Assembly: GCA_964646605.1 (NCBI GenBank)
Contig: CAZYEX010000137.1
Span: 35,580 to 99,579 of the forward strand
DNA from: an uncultured Phycisphaera sp.
GTDB taxonomy: Bacteria; Planctomycetota; Phycisphaerae; UBA1845
Direction: 5' to 3'
DNA: 64,000 nt
Shown: positions 1-8,907 of the stretch, piece by piece
Layout: each line of letters starts with the position of its first letter
How positions within the stretch are numbered: the first letter of the stretch is position 1
Position numbers and translations under genes: made by a program
The notes under the pieces: generated by a model
Database searches by the model: none
Seen by the model: the letters and a program-made list of their open reading frames with translations, nothing else
What the model was told of the DNA's origin: nothing

Positions 1-1
1 G

Positions 2-595
2 ACCTACGGCCGCCACGACCGGGCGATCGGGTTCTTCCAACAGCTCGTCAAGGAGCAGCCCGGCGACTGGCGGTCGAAGGTGGAGCTCGGTTGCGCCTAT
101 GTGGACAAGATTCCGACTTGCGGGGGGATGGCCGCGATCGTCAGCAAGGGGACGTTGGCCCGCAAATCCCTCGACCAACTCGATGCGGTGGTCAAGGAGT
201 TGCCCGATCTGTGGGTGGGGTACTACACGCGGGGGATGAACCACCTTCATTGGCCTCGATCGCTGCTTCATTCCGACGACGCAGCCGTAGACCTGGAAAA
301 GTGCCTCGAACTTCAACGGAAACTCCCTTCGGGCGGACGTGAAGCCCATTGGGCTCGGAGCCACCTCGCCTTGGGTGACGCGTACGCCAAGGCGAAAGAG
401 TACAAAAAGGCCCGCAAGACCTGGGACGACGGGTTGCAGCTTTTCCCGGATTCCAAGGAGTTGAAGGAGCGCCTGGCCATCGCCGAAGACGCGGCGCTGC
501 TCAAGTTCGTGGAATCCAAGCGCAGTCTCGAGCAGCCCGTGGACACCGGCCTGGGTTTCCTCGATCGTCCCGCCGAACTCTCCGGATCGAAGTAG
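2..595 (+). CDS. TPR-like helical repeat protein, C-terminal fragment (reading frame open to window start)
   Basis: Frame-2 reading frame has no stop from position 2 to the stop at 593-595. The listed GTG at 80 is internal. TPR-like composition (LALGDAYAKAKEYKKARKTWDDGLQLFP). Confidence 0.45.
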   Translation, partial: TYGRHDRAIGFFQQLVKEQPGDWRSKVELGCAYVDKIPTCGGMAAIVSKGTLARKSLDQLDAVVKELPDLWVGYYTRGMNHLHWPRSLLHSDDAAVDLEKCLELQRKLPSGGREAHWARSHLALGDAYAKAKEYKKARKTWDDGLQLFPDSKELKERLAIAEDAALLKFVESKRSLEQPVDTGLGFLDRPAELSGSK

Positions 596-719
596 TCCGC
601 GGTCCGACGCTTGGCGCGGTTGCACCATGCCCCGCCGCGCCCCCCGCAATAATGCACCTCGCCCGCCGAATCCCTGGATAGTTGTCGAGTTTTGTAAATC
701 GAGGGGATTGTGGTTGACT

Positions 720-765
720 GCCTCCGACAAATGTAGTAGGCTATGTCCGACGGATGTAGGAGGTT
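720..765. promoter_or_regulatory. Putative BlaI-type operator: two direct copies of TCCGAC(A/G)(A/G)ATGTAG, each with an ACA-NN-TGT dyad, about 50-90 bp upstream of the blaI-like start
   Basis: Seen in sequence: cctccgacaaatgtagtaggctatgtccgacggatgtagg. BlaI/MecI operators are TACA/TGTA dyads (established knowledge). Assignment is inferred. Confidence 0.3.
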
Positions 766-813
766 GCGGGCTGGGCCGTCCGGAAGAGCGGAGAGCATCG
801 CGCCGAGGAACGT

Positions 814-1203
814 ATGGCCGAACGACAACACCATGATCTAGGCAGTGCCGAGTTGGAGGTCCTCAAGTCCTTGTGGGAGGTCGGACCGGCCACCGTGCGC
901 GAGGTCCTCGGCCACCTGCACGACCGCGGCCGGATGGTGGCTTATACCACGGTGCAGACCCTGCTCACCCGGCTGGAACTCAAACGCTTCGTAAGCAGCG
1001 ACAAGTCCGATCTCGCCCACGTGTTCCGGGCCCGGGTGTCGCGGGAACGGGTGACGCGGTCGCGGCTGAAGACTCTGGTCGAACAGATGTACGACGGAGC
1101 GGCCGGCCCCTTGGTTCTGCAACTTCTTCGCACGGAGCGGTTAACCCAAGCGGAAATCGAAGAGCTTCAAAAGCTGATCGAGCGGTTAGACGCCCAGGGC
1201 TAA
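814..1203 (+). CDS. blaI: BlaI/MecI/CopY-family winged-helix transcriptional repressor (penicillinase repressor family)
   Basis: 129 aa; N-terminal LSxxELEVLKSLWEVGPATVREVLGHL...MVAYTTVQTLLTRLELKRFV matches the BlaI wHTH; C-terminal coiled-coil dimerisation region. Immediately upstream of an M56 BlaR1 gene. Confidence 0.85.
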   Translation: MAERQHHDLGSAELEVLKSLWEVGPATVREVLGHLHDRGRMVAYTTVQTLLTRLELKRFVSSDKSDLAHVFRARVSRERVTRSRLKTLVEQMYDGAAGPLVLQLLRTERLTQAEIEELQKLIERLDAQG

Positions 1204-1232
1204 GAGGTCTGGGACGGCGAGGGAGATAAGGG

Positions 1233-4184
1233 ATGTCGGAGTGGGTCTCGCAAACAGCCGAAATGCTCTGGCGAAACGGTTTGACCGCCATCCCTTTGGT
1301 GATCCTGACCGCGACGCTGGTCAAGTTCCTCCCCTGCCGCCCGGCGACGCGGCACACCATGTGGCTGGTGGTGCTGGGATGGATGGTCGTGCCTCCGCTG
1401 CTTCCCGATCCGCCGACTCCGCAGTTGGCCACGATCTGGACGGACTTGACCACGCGCGAAGCGAAGCCGCTGGACGCCAACGAATTGTTCGAATCGGTGG
1501 GCGAGGTGCTGGCCTGCGTGGCCCGCACCGTTCCGCCGCAGCCGGTGACCGTTCCGCGGATTGCAACCGAAAGCTTTACCCCACCCTCACCAAGGTCAGC
1601 GGCCCGTCCGATGCTTCGTACGCCGGAAATGCTCGCCCGGGCGACGGGCGTCGGCGGGCCGCTGACCCTGGGAAGTGTTGTACCGAGACGGTCCGGCCTG
1701 TCCACGGGTTCGCCACGCCTGGAATCCACTCTGGGCGAGTTGCGTTCGAGCGTCGATCGACCGATGCCGCGGCCTTCGAGGGTTTCAGGCGAGCGCAGCG
1801 GTCATGCCGCTACCGCCCTCCGTGAGCCGACTGCCCTCGACGTAGACGTGGTACTCGATCCGCCGCAGGTCCTTGAACCGAAAGGCACGGTGGCATCCGT
1901 ATCGCCGCCGACCCGCCATGATCCCCCGCCACTCTTGACCGAAGTGCCTACCGACGTTCCGCTGATCTCGTCGGAGTCGGTTGCGAAACTTGCGGACTCT
2001 CTGCGGCCGCGAACTTCCTTGTGGCCCGAGTCTGGCGATTTGCAGGCCTGGGCCGCGGGTGTGACCGGAGTGCGCGACGCCGTTGTGGAATTGCCGCCCA
2101 TTCCCATCGGCCTTTGGATCGGTGGAACGTTGCTGGTCCTGGCCTTCGGATTGGGGCACGCCCTGCGTTTCCGCCGCCAGTTTCGCCACGCCGTGCCGCC
2201 GCCGTCCTGGGTCGTGGCGATGGTGGACGCGGCGTCGAAAGAGCTCGGACTGCGGCGAGCGCCGCAGACGGTCATGGTCCCAGGGCGTCTGTCGCCCATG
2301 ATCTGGTGTGGACTCAAGCCGCGTCTCATCCTTCCCGCCGCGCTGTGGTCGCGGCTTGGGCGTGCCGGTCAACGGGCCGTGTTGTTCCATGAACTGGCCC
2401 ACGTGCGACGGCGGGACCATTGGGTCTGTTGGATCGAGACGCTGGTGGGGGCTTTGTATTGGTGGCATCCGTTGGTCTGGTGGGCGCGAAAGCGCCTGCA
2501 CGCCGAGGCCGACGACTGCTGCGACGCATGGGTCACGACGCTGCTTCCGCGGACGCGCCGGGCGTATGCCGAGGCGCTGTTGCTGACGAGGCAGTATGTA
2601 GGTGTGGGAAGTCTGCCCGTCCCCGCGACGGGCATGGGAATGGTCACCGGGCGAGCGCGACGTTTCGCAAGGAGATTGACGATGGTCATGACAGGATCGG
2701 TAAAGCCCAGGTTGTCGGTTTCGGGCATGGGGTTGGTGTTGATGTTGGCGACGACGGGTTGGCTTACGTCGCCGGCGCGATCGTGCCCCGAGGAAGAAAA
2801 GGCCAAGGCCGCGGCGCAGGCCAAAGCGGCGCCGTGTGATAAGCCGTGCGCCAAGCCGTGCGAGAAACCGTGCGGCAAGGCTTCGGCGACAGTAGTACCG
2901 ACGCCGGCGCCCGAGGCGGAAGCGAAGAACACCTACGAAACGCATATGGCCGCCAAACTCGCCGCTTTGGCTTCGAGCGTGGCCCCGGCCATCCGCGCCG
3001 CCCCGCTCTATGCCCTCGCCGCCGGTCGTGGAGGCGATGACGACGACGAGGACGATGACCGCATCGCCCGCCTCGAGGAGCGGATGGAGCGAATAGGCGA
3101 GAAGTTGGAGCGGCTCATGGAGGCCATGGAGAACCGGCACAGCGACGGCGAAGGGCACTCGCCGCGCGCCGCCGCACCACGTACGCCGCCACCACCGCGT
3201 GCGCCGACTCCGCCCCATGCACCGCTCCCGCCCATGCCTGCGATGGCGCCCATGCCCCCGATGCCTCCCATGCCGGGTATGGACGCCGAGGCGTTCGGTC
3301 CCGATGGCGGCGAAGTTTCCGCCCGGACGTACAAGTTGTCGAAGGGGAAGCTGGAAGCGCTCATCGCCTTGATGTCGCGCCCGGATGTGCCGGTTCTCAT
3401 CCGCGCCAAGGAGGACGGCATCGAAGTCAATGCCACCCCGCGGCAGCACCGCATTTTCGGAGCCTTCGTGCGGATCATCGATCCGGGCAACGAGTCCGTC
3501 GGGATGGGTCCCGCATCGGGCGACGGCCCGGGCCGTGATCGCCACATGGCCGCGGACATGCGCAGGCACGAAAAAGAGATGGAAAAAGCCGCCAAACGCC
3601 GCTCCAAAGAAATGGAGAAGCGCGAGAAGCGACGTTCCAAAGCCGGAGTGAAGATCGACGAAGCCCGCACCGAGTCCCTCACCAAGTCGCAAATCCAAGA
3701 AGAACTCGCCCAGCAAGCCGAGGCCCTGCGCGAACAGGCGGAAGAGATGAACGAACGGGCCGAGGAGATCCGTGGACGAACCGAGCGGATCGCGGAGCGG
3801 GCCTCGAACCAGAGTGAGCGCGACCGGCGGGCGGAGCTGGAGCGTGAGGCCCTCGCCCTGCGTCACCAAGCCGAGGCGATGGATCAAGAGCGCCAGCATC
3901 TGGAAGAAACAGCGGGCGCTATCGAGGAACGGTCCCACGAGATGGAAGACGAGGCCCGACAGGCCGAGGACCAAATCCGCGACTTGGAAGAGGAATTGCA
4001 GGGTCTGGACGAGGAGTCCGACGACGACGGTGATGACGACGAGCATGCCGCCGCCTACGAGTGGAACGGATTCGGCTCGGAAGTGGTTCCATCGGACGAA
4101 GACGCGCCGGTGATCGAGGAAGTGGACTGGAACGCCGACGAGACGCCCGGCCCCGCTCCGCAGGCGCCCGGTCTCGACGGGTAG
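1233..4184 (+). CDS. BlaR1/MecR1-like M56 zinc-metallopeptidase signal transducer with a very long non-canonical C-terminal region (KPC repeats, Pro-rich, coiled-coil, acidic tail)
   Basis: 983 aa; four N-terminal TM helices; HExxH motif FHELAHVRRRDHW typical of peptidase M56. No penicillin-binding sensor domain recognisable. Instead CDKPCAKPCEKPCGK, PPPPRAPTPPHAPLPPMPAMAPMPPMPPMPGM, long EK/ER-rich coiled coil and a D/E-rich end. Confidence 0.85.
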   Translation: MSEWVSQTAEMLWRNGLTAIPLVILTATLVKFLPCRPATRHTMWLVVLGWMVVPPLLPDPPTPQLATIWTDLTTREAKPLDANELFESVGEVLACVARTVPPQPVTVPRIATESFTPPSPRSAARPMLRTPEMLARATGVGGPLTLGSVVPRRSGLSTGSPRLESTLGELRSSVDRPMPRPSRVSGERSGHAATALREPTALDVDVVLDPPQVLEPKGTVASVSPPTRHDPPPLLTEVPTDVPLISSESVAKLADSLRPRTSLWPESGDLQAWAAGVTGVRDAVVELPPIPIGLWIGGTLLVLAFGLGHALRFRRQFRHAVPPPSWVVAMVDAASKELGLRRAPQTVMVPGRLSPMIWCGLKPRLILPAALWSRLGRAGQRAVLFHELAHVRRRDHWVCWIETLVGALYWWHPLVWWARKRLHAEADDCCDAWVTTLLPRTRRAYAEALLLTRQYVGVGSLPVPATGMGMVTGRARRFARRLTMVMTGSVKPRLSVSGMGLVLMLATTGWLTSPARSCPEEEKAKAAAQAKAAPCDKPCAKPCEKPCGKASATVVPTPAPEAEAKNTYETHMAAKLAALASSVAPAIRAAPLYALAAGRGGDDDDEDDDRIARLEERMERIGEKLERLMEAMENRHSDGEGHSPRAAAPRTPPPPRAPTPPHAPLPPMPAMAPMPPMPPMPGMDAEAFGPDGGEVSARTYKLSKGKLEALIALMSRPDVPVLIRAKEDGIEVNATPRQHRIFGAFVRIIDPGNESVGMGPASGDGPGRDRHMAADMRRHEKEMEKAAKRRSKEMEKREKRRSKAGVKIDEARTESLTKSQIQEELAQQAEALREQAEEMNERAEEIRGRTERIAERASNQSERDRRAELEREALALRHQAEAMDQERQHLEETAGAIEERSHEMEDEARQAEDQIRDLEEELQGLDEESDDDGDDDEHAAAYEWNGFGSEVVPSDEDAPVIEEVDWNADETPGPAPQAPGLDG

Positions 4185-4323
4185 TTCGGTCGTTCGCAGT
4201 AGTCATTCCTAGAGGGATTTACGAAACCGCCGCGGCGCGGCGTTCAGAGGGGTCATGGACCCCACGGCGGAGAGGGTGCGCTCCCACAATCCGCGAGTAC
4301 CTATGTTGATGAGATGTTCCATC

Positions 4324-7300
4324 ATGACACAGTCGCAGAAGGGCGGTCGAGCCTGGCTCGGTTTGCAGGTCGGTGCGTTGTCCGCGGCCCTGGTGGTCGG
4401 CATCGGTGCGGCGCATTCGGCGCCAGAGTCGCCCGCCGCACAACCCGATCCCGCGCTTCGCTTGTACCTCAGCGGCAATGGGTTGCTCAACCGCGGTCTG
4501 TATGACCTTGCGGCCGCGGAGTATCGCAAGTTTCTCGCTTCGCACGCCGACCACGAAAAGGCCGCCATCGCCCGCTACGGACTGGCTGTCAGCCTCTTCC
4601 GTCTCAACAAGTTGCCGGAGGCGGCAAGCGAATTGGCGCCGCTGCTGAACCTCGCGGACTTCCCCTATGCCGCGGAAGCCTGGACGATGGTCGGCCAGTG
4701 TCGTCTTGCCGGACGAGACTATGGTTCCGCCGCGGACGCATTTCAGACGGTGCTGCAACGCCACGGGGAGCACGAACTCGCCGATGACGCCGCCCAAGGG
4801 GCGGTCGAGGCGCTCTATCTCATGGACCGATTCGATCATGCCGCCGACGGCGCTCGGGAGTTCGTCGCCCGATGGCCGCAGAGCCCCCTGCACGAGCGGG
4901 TTCTATACTTCTGGGCCCTCGCCGAAGTCGGGCGGAAGAATGACCCCGCGGCAATCGACCGGTTCGAGGAACTCATTCAGCGCCATCCGTCCGGCGCCTT
5001 CGTCGAATCGGGAACCATCCTCCTGGCGCAGTGTTATCACCGCGGCAATGTACTCGATCGCGCCGTGACGAGTTATCGAACGGTACTCGAACAAGGCGGG
5101 CGATATGTAGCGGACGCTCTGGCGGGACTGGGTTCCATTCATTTTCAACGCAATGAACTGCAGGATGCCGGGGCGGCGCTGGATCGCCTGATCGGCGAAT
5201 TCGGCGACGGTCCCGATGCAGTCCAAGCGCGATTGCAACGCGGCCGAGTATGGTTCGAACAAGGCGAGTGGGATCGCGCGGCGGACGGGTTCCGATTGTT
5301 GGAAAACTCCTGCGCCGAGCGCTGCGACGAAGCGATGTATTGGCTAGCCAAGTGCGAACTGCGCAAGGGCGATGCCACGTCTGCGGCGGCGCGGCTCGCG
5401 GACGCCGTCCGTCGGTTCCCCCAGAGTTCCCTGCTGGCTGAGATGGTATACGACCGCGCCGTTGCACTGTCACGTGCAGGTGACAACGACGGCGCCGTCG
5501 GCCAATGGGCGGAGTTCTGCGAGCGGTTCCCCACTCACGCGCTGCACCGCGACGCCCTGTACGCGTTAGCAACGACGCAACATCGGCTCGGCCGCTACGA
5601 TAGAAGTGACGCCCTCTGCGAAGCATTCTTGTCGCAATACGCGGACGACGAACGAGTGCCCGAAACCCTGTTCCTTTCGGCGGAGAATCTCTTTCTGAGC
5701 AGCCAATTGCCTGCCGCGATTACGAAGTATTCCTCATTCCTGGGGACGTTCCCCAATCACACATTCGCCGGACGCGCGAAACTGCGACTGGGACTCGCCC
5801 ATTACCAGCTCGAGCAGTTTGCCGAGGCAAGGAAGGTTCTTTCGGAGGTAGCGCAATCCGCTCCGCGGGACTCCGTTTTCGCGCCGGCACTTCTCGCGCT
5901 TGGGGATGTACATTTCCAGAACGGAGAGTGGGAACAGGCTCAACTGCGGCTAGGCGAGTATTTCGACTTGGGACTCGGCATTGCGGCGAGGGACGATGCA
6001 CTGCTCAAGATCGCATTGTCTCAGGAGCGCCGCGACCAACACGAACCGGCGCTCGCCTCGTTGGATCGATTGATCGCGGAGTTTCCCGACAGTCCCCATC
6101 GCCTTCAGGCACAGTTCGAACGCGGACAGTGTATGGCTGCGCTGCAGAGATGGGACGACGCCCAGACGGCGTTTGAGATGGTTTTGGAATCGAGTGAGAA
6201 TTCTCGCTTCGCGGCGCCGGCCGTGAGGCATCTGGCCGCGATCGCCGGTCGACGTGAGCGTCCGCAGGCGGCGGCGGCATGGTATGAACGTCTGGCCGAA
6301 AAGGCGGAGAACGATTCATCCCGTGCGGATGCCATGTTCCAGCAGTTCCTTGCCCTTGCCGCGGCAGAACAGTTCGAGGCGGCGGCGACAGCCATACAAC
6401 AGTTCATCGAGCGGTTTCCCCATGACATCCGGCATGGGGAGGCCCGGGCTCGTCGAGTCATCGCGTTGGCACGAATGGATCGATGCGACGAGGTCGTCGC
6501 CGCGGCTTCCCAGCTCGACGAGACGACGCTCGACGCACTGCCCCCGGAGCTACGTACGGCCTTTCTCTATGAACGTGCCTGGTGTCTTCGCGCACTAGGT
6601 CGAACCGACGACGCCGCTCAGGCGTATCGGCGCGTTCTGTCGGAACCGTCGCCGGGATCGTACGGTTTTCACGCCATGCTGGAGCTTGCCGAGCTTGAGT
6701 GCGGCGCGAAGCGCTACGAACCGGCCGCCAATCTCCTGCGCCAACTTCGGACCGCTCTGGACAGTCGGGCTGACGAAGGGTCCGCGAATCTGCGCGAAAA
6801 TTGCCTGTATCGACTTGGCGCCTGCGAACTGCAGTTGGGGCGCTATGCCGAGGCCGCCGAATGTTTCGACGCTTTCGTAACCTCGCACCCCGGAAGCTCA
6901 TTGATTGCCTTTGCGAGCTTTCATGGCGGAGACGCAAACCTCAAAGCCGGTCGGTATGAACGGGCCGTTTCCCACTTCACGCGCATCGTAAAGGAATTCA
7001 AAGACCACGAAGTCTTGGGACCCACACTGCTCCGACTGGGCGAATGTCTGGCCCTCATGCAGCGCTGGGCAACCAGTGAACAGACTTTCGCCGCCTATCT
7101 CGACCGCTTCCCGCAAGGCGAACAGGCATACCAAGCCCAATTCGGAATGGGATGGGCGCGGGAGAATCAGCAACGCTACACTGAGGCCATCGCCGCCTAT
7201 GAGCAGGTCGTCGCCGCGCAACAAGGTCCCACGGCCGCACGGGCTCAATTCCAGATCGGCCAGTGTTACTTCGCGGAGGAGAGGTTCGAGGAGGCCGTGC

Positions 7301-7518
7301 GCGAGTTGCTCAAGGTGGACATCCTCTATGCATACCCGGAATGGAGCGCGGCGGCGCTATACGAGGCCGGGCGCTGCTTCGAGCGGATCGGAAAAACGGC
7401 GGAGGCGCAGAGTCAGTTTCAACAGATTGGGCAAAAGTACGCTCAAACTCAATGGGCCGAGCTTGCGGCCAAGCAACTGTCCGATCTGTCGTCGCGTGTT
7501 GCCATACCCGGACGCTGA
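4324..7518 (+). CDS. Large secreted TPR-repeat protein (about 1065 aa)
   Basis: Signal-peptide-like N-terminus (MTQSQKGGRAWLGLQVGALSAALVVGIGAAHS) followed by many 34-aa TPR-like units (W..G.C....Y..A...F......). The ORF track start is 4255; M at 4324 was chosen by signal-peptide logic, so the start is uncertain. Confidence 0.7.
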   Translation: MTQSQKGGRAWLGLQVGALSAALVVGIGAAHSAPESPAAQPDPALRLYLSGNGLLNRGLYDLAAAEYRKFLASHADHEKAAIARYGLAVSLFRLNKLPEAASELAPLLNLADFPYAAEAWTMVGQCRLAGRDYGSAADAFQTVLQRHGEHELADDAAQGAVEALYLMDRFDHAADGAREFVARWPQSPLHERVLYFWALAEVGRKNDPAAIDRFEELIQRHPSGAFVESGTILLAQCYHRGNVLDRAVTSYRTVLEQGGRYVADALAGLGSIHFQRNELQDAGAALDRLIGEFGDGPDAVQARLQRGRVWFEQGEWDRAADGFRLLENSCAERCDEAMYWLAKCELRKGDATSAAARLADAVRRFPQSSLLAEMVYDRAVALSRAGDNDGAVGQWAEFCERFPTHALHRDALYALATTQHRLGRYDRSDALCEAFLSQYADDERVPETLFLSAENLFLSSQLPAAITKYSSFLGTFPNHTFAGRAKLRLGLAHYQLEQFAEARKVLSEVAQSAPRDSVFAPALLALGDVHFQNGEWEQAQLRLGEYFDLGLGIAARDDALLKIALSQERRDQHEPALASLDRLIAEFPDSPHRLQAQFERGQCMAALQRWDDAQTAFEMVLESSENSRFAAPAVRHLAAIAGRRERPQAAAAWYERLAEKAENDSSRADAMFQQFLALAAAEQFEAAATAIQQFIERFPHDIRHGEARARRVIALARMDRCDEVVAAASQLDETTLDALPPELRTAFLYERAWCLRALGRTDDAAQAYRRVLSEPSPGSYGFHAMLELAELECGAKRYEPAANLLRQLRTALDSRADEGSANLRENCLYRLGACELQLGRYAEAAECFDAFVTSHPGSSLIAFASFHGGDANLKAGRYERAVSHFTRIVKEFKDHEVLGPTLLRLGECLALMQRWATSEQTFAAYLDRFPQGEQAYQAQFGMGWARENQQRYTEAIAAYEQVVAAQQGPTAARAQFQIGQCYFAEERFEEAVRELLKVDILYAYPEWSAAALYEAGRCFERIGKTAEAQSQFQQIGQKYAQTQWAELAAKQLSDLSSRVAIPGR

Positions 7519-7569
7519 AGGAAGGTAGTTCAGCCGACCGGCGGACTGTAGCACAGGGGAGTATGCTCG

Positions 7570-8394
7570 ATGGGAAGCACAGAAATGCAATCATTGTTTT
7601 CCAGTCTGGTGAGTTTGTTCGTCGCTCAAGCAGACAGTGCAGCGTCGGCGTCGAGTTCCGTGAAGGTCGAGTCGGTTTGGGACTTCGTGGTCAAGGGCGG
7701 ACCGGTGATGATTCCCATCGGAATATGTTCCTTCGCGGCACTCACCATTATCGTCGAGCGGCTCGTTTCACTTCGTCGGCGGAATGTCATTCCGCGGGAG
7801 TTCATTGGCCGCATCAGCGAACTGCTCGAGGATGGAAATGGCGGGGGCGAGAAGGCGTACGAACACTGTCGCAGAAACGGAAGTCCCATCGCTCTCGTGT
7901 TTGCCGATGGAATCAAACGCCTGGGTGAACCGATCGAGTTGTTGGAACGCCACATACAAGAGGCCGGCGAACGAGCGGTCGAAAAGCTGCGTAAGCACTT
8001 GCGGCTTCTATCCGTCATCGCTTCCGTGGCGCCGCTTCTGGGACTGTTGGGCACGATCACGGGAATGATCACGGCGTTCCAGACCGTGGCCAGCGCGGCG
8101 GAGGCGCTGGGGCGCACGGAATTGCTCGCCAAAGGCATCTACGAGGCCATGATCACCACGGCCGCGGGTTTGATGGTCGCCATTCCCACCCTCGTCGCCT
8201 ATCACGGCATCTCCGCCAGAGTGGATACGTTGGTGGGGGAAATGGATCGCATGGCCGTGGAGTTCATCGAGAAATACGCCTCCGGAACCGCTCGGCTTGC
8301 CCCGGTGTCATTGCCAGCGCCGCGGCGTATCAGTGAAGTACAGTCATCACCAAGCGACGACGGACGCGCCGCCGTTGCGGCCCTCGCGGGTTGA
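7570..8394 (+). CDS. exbB: MotA/TolQ/ExbB-family proton-channel protein
   Basis: 274 aa; three TM segments; conserved C-terminal motif LLGLLGTITGMITAFQTVA...ELLAKGIYEAMITTAAGLMVAIPTLVAY typical of the TolQ/ExbB family. Confidence 0.85.
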   Translation: MGSTEMQSLFSSLVSLFVAQADSAASASSSVKVESVWDFVVKGGPVMIPIGICSFAALTIIVERLVSLRRRNVIPREFIGRISELLEDGNGGGEKAYEHCRRNGSPIALVFADGIKRLGEPIELLERHIQEAGERAVEKLRKHLRLLSVIASVAPLLGLLGTITGMITAFQTVASAAEALGRTELLAKGIYEAMITTAAGLMVAIPTLVAYHGISARVDTLVGEMDRMAVEFIEKYASGTARLAPVSLPAPRRISEVQSSPSDDGRAAVAALAG

Positions 8395-8439
8395 CGTCGA
8401 TCCATTCTGATTTCCAAACGCGGAGGACACGAGGCTTTC

Positions 8440-8853
8440 ATGCGTATCAAACCTGCCACGACGGCGATCGACGTTGGGATTGACCTGACCCCAGTCATAG
8501 ATATGGTGTTTTTATTGCTGATCTTTTTTCTCGTCGCCACGACATTCCATCAATCGGAACGAGAAATGCAAATCGCGTTGCCCATTGCGGGCAACACGGC
8601 GCCGATCACCACGCTCTTGAAAGAACTGGTTGTGAATGTGGACCAAGGCGGCCAAATCATCGTCTCGGGCCGCCGGCTTTCCAAAGATGATTTTCAGGGC
8701 ATGGTCAATGCGGCCGTAACGGCGAATCGTGAACAGAAAGTGACCATCCGCGGGGATCGCGGCACGGCATACGAGAACGTGGTCGCCGTACTCGACATTT
8801 GTAAGGGGTCGGGGATTCAAGAGCCGTATCTCGACACGGTTCTGGAAAAGTAG
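8440..8853 (+). CDS. exbD: ExbD/TolR-family biopolymer transport protein
   Basis: 137 aa; N-terminal single TM (LTPVIDMVFLLLIFFLV) and a periplasmic domain with the ExbD/TolR fold signature; follows exbB by 45 bp. Confidence 0.85.
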   Translation: MRIKPATTAIDVGIDLTPVIDMVFLLLIFFLVATTFHQSEREMQIALPIAGNTAPITTLLKELVVNVDQGGQIIVSGRRLSKDDFQGMVNAAVTANREQKVTIRGDRGTAYENVVAVLDICKGSGIQEPYLDTVLEK

Positions 8854-8907
8854 TCGAGGCGCGGCAATGTCGGAGTTCATCATACCGAACGCACGGGCGG
8901 TTTTCGC

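Noticed and set aside
1785-4046. 753-aa minus-strand ORF antisense to the BlaR1 gene. Other long antisense ORFs of the same kind: 16122-17621, 19166-20392, 25705-27594, 27649-29622, 31209-32921, 37217-38155, 39832-40740, 43716-44585, 46525-48027, 51047-52492, 52179-53516, 54151-55446, 56035-56964, 60800-61819.
   Set aside because: Arg/Gly/Pro-rich low-complexity translations with no motifs, each fully overlapping a well-supported gene on the other strand; typical stop-codon-poor antisense frames of high-GC DNA.
4200-4260. Possible terminator after the BlaR1 gene (aaaccgccgcggcgcggcgtt)
   Set aside because: Near-palindrome has a 1-nt centre and no following T tract; not a credible intrinsic terminator.
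7570-8853. Considered whether the MotA/MotB-like pair could be ZorA/ZorB of a Zorya anti-phage system
   Set aside because: Sizes (274 and 137 aa) and motifs are those of canonical ExbB/TolQ and ExbD/TolR, not the much larger ZorA; no ZorC/ZorD-like genes; the neighbourhood (TPR, TolB-like propeller) fits a Tol/Exb-type envelope system.
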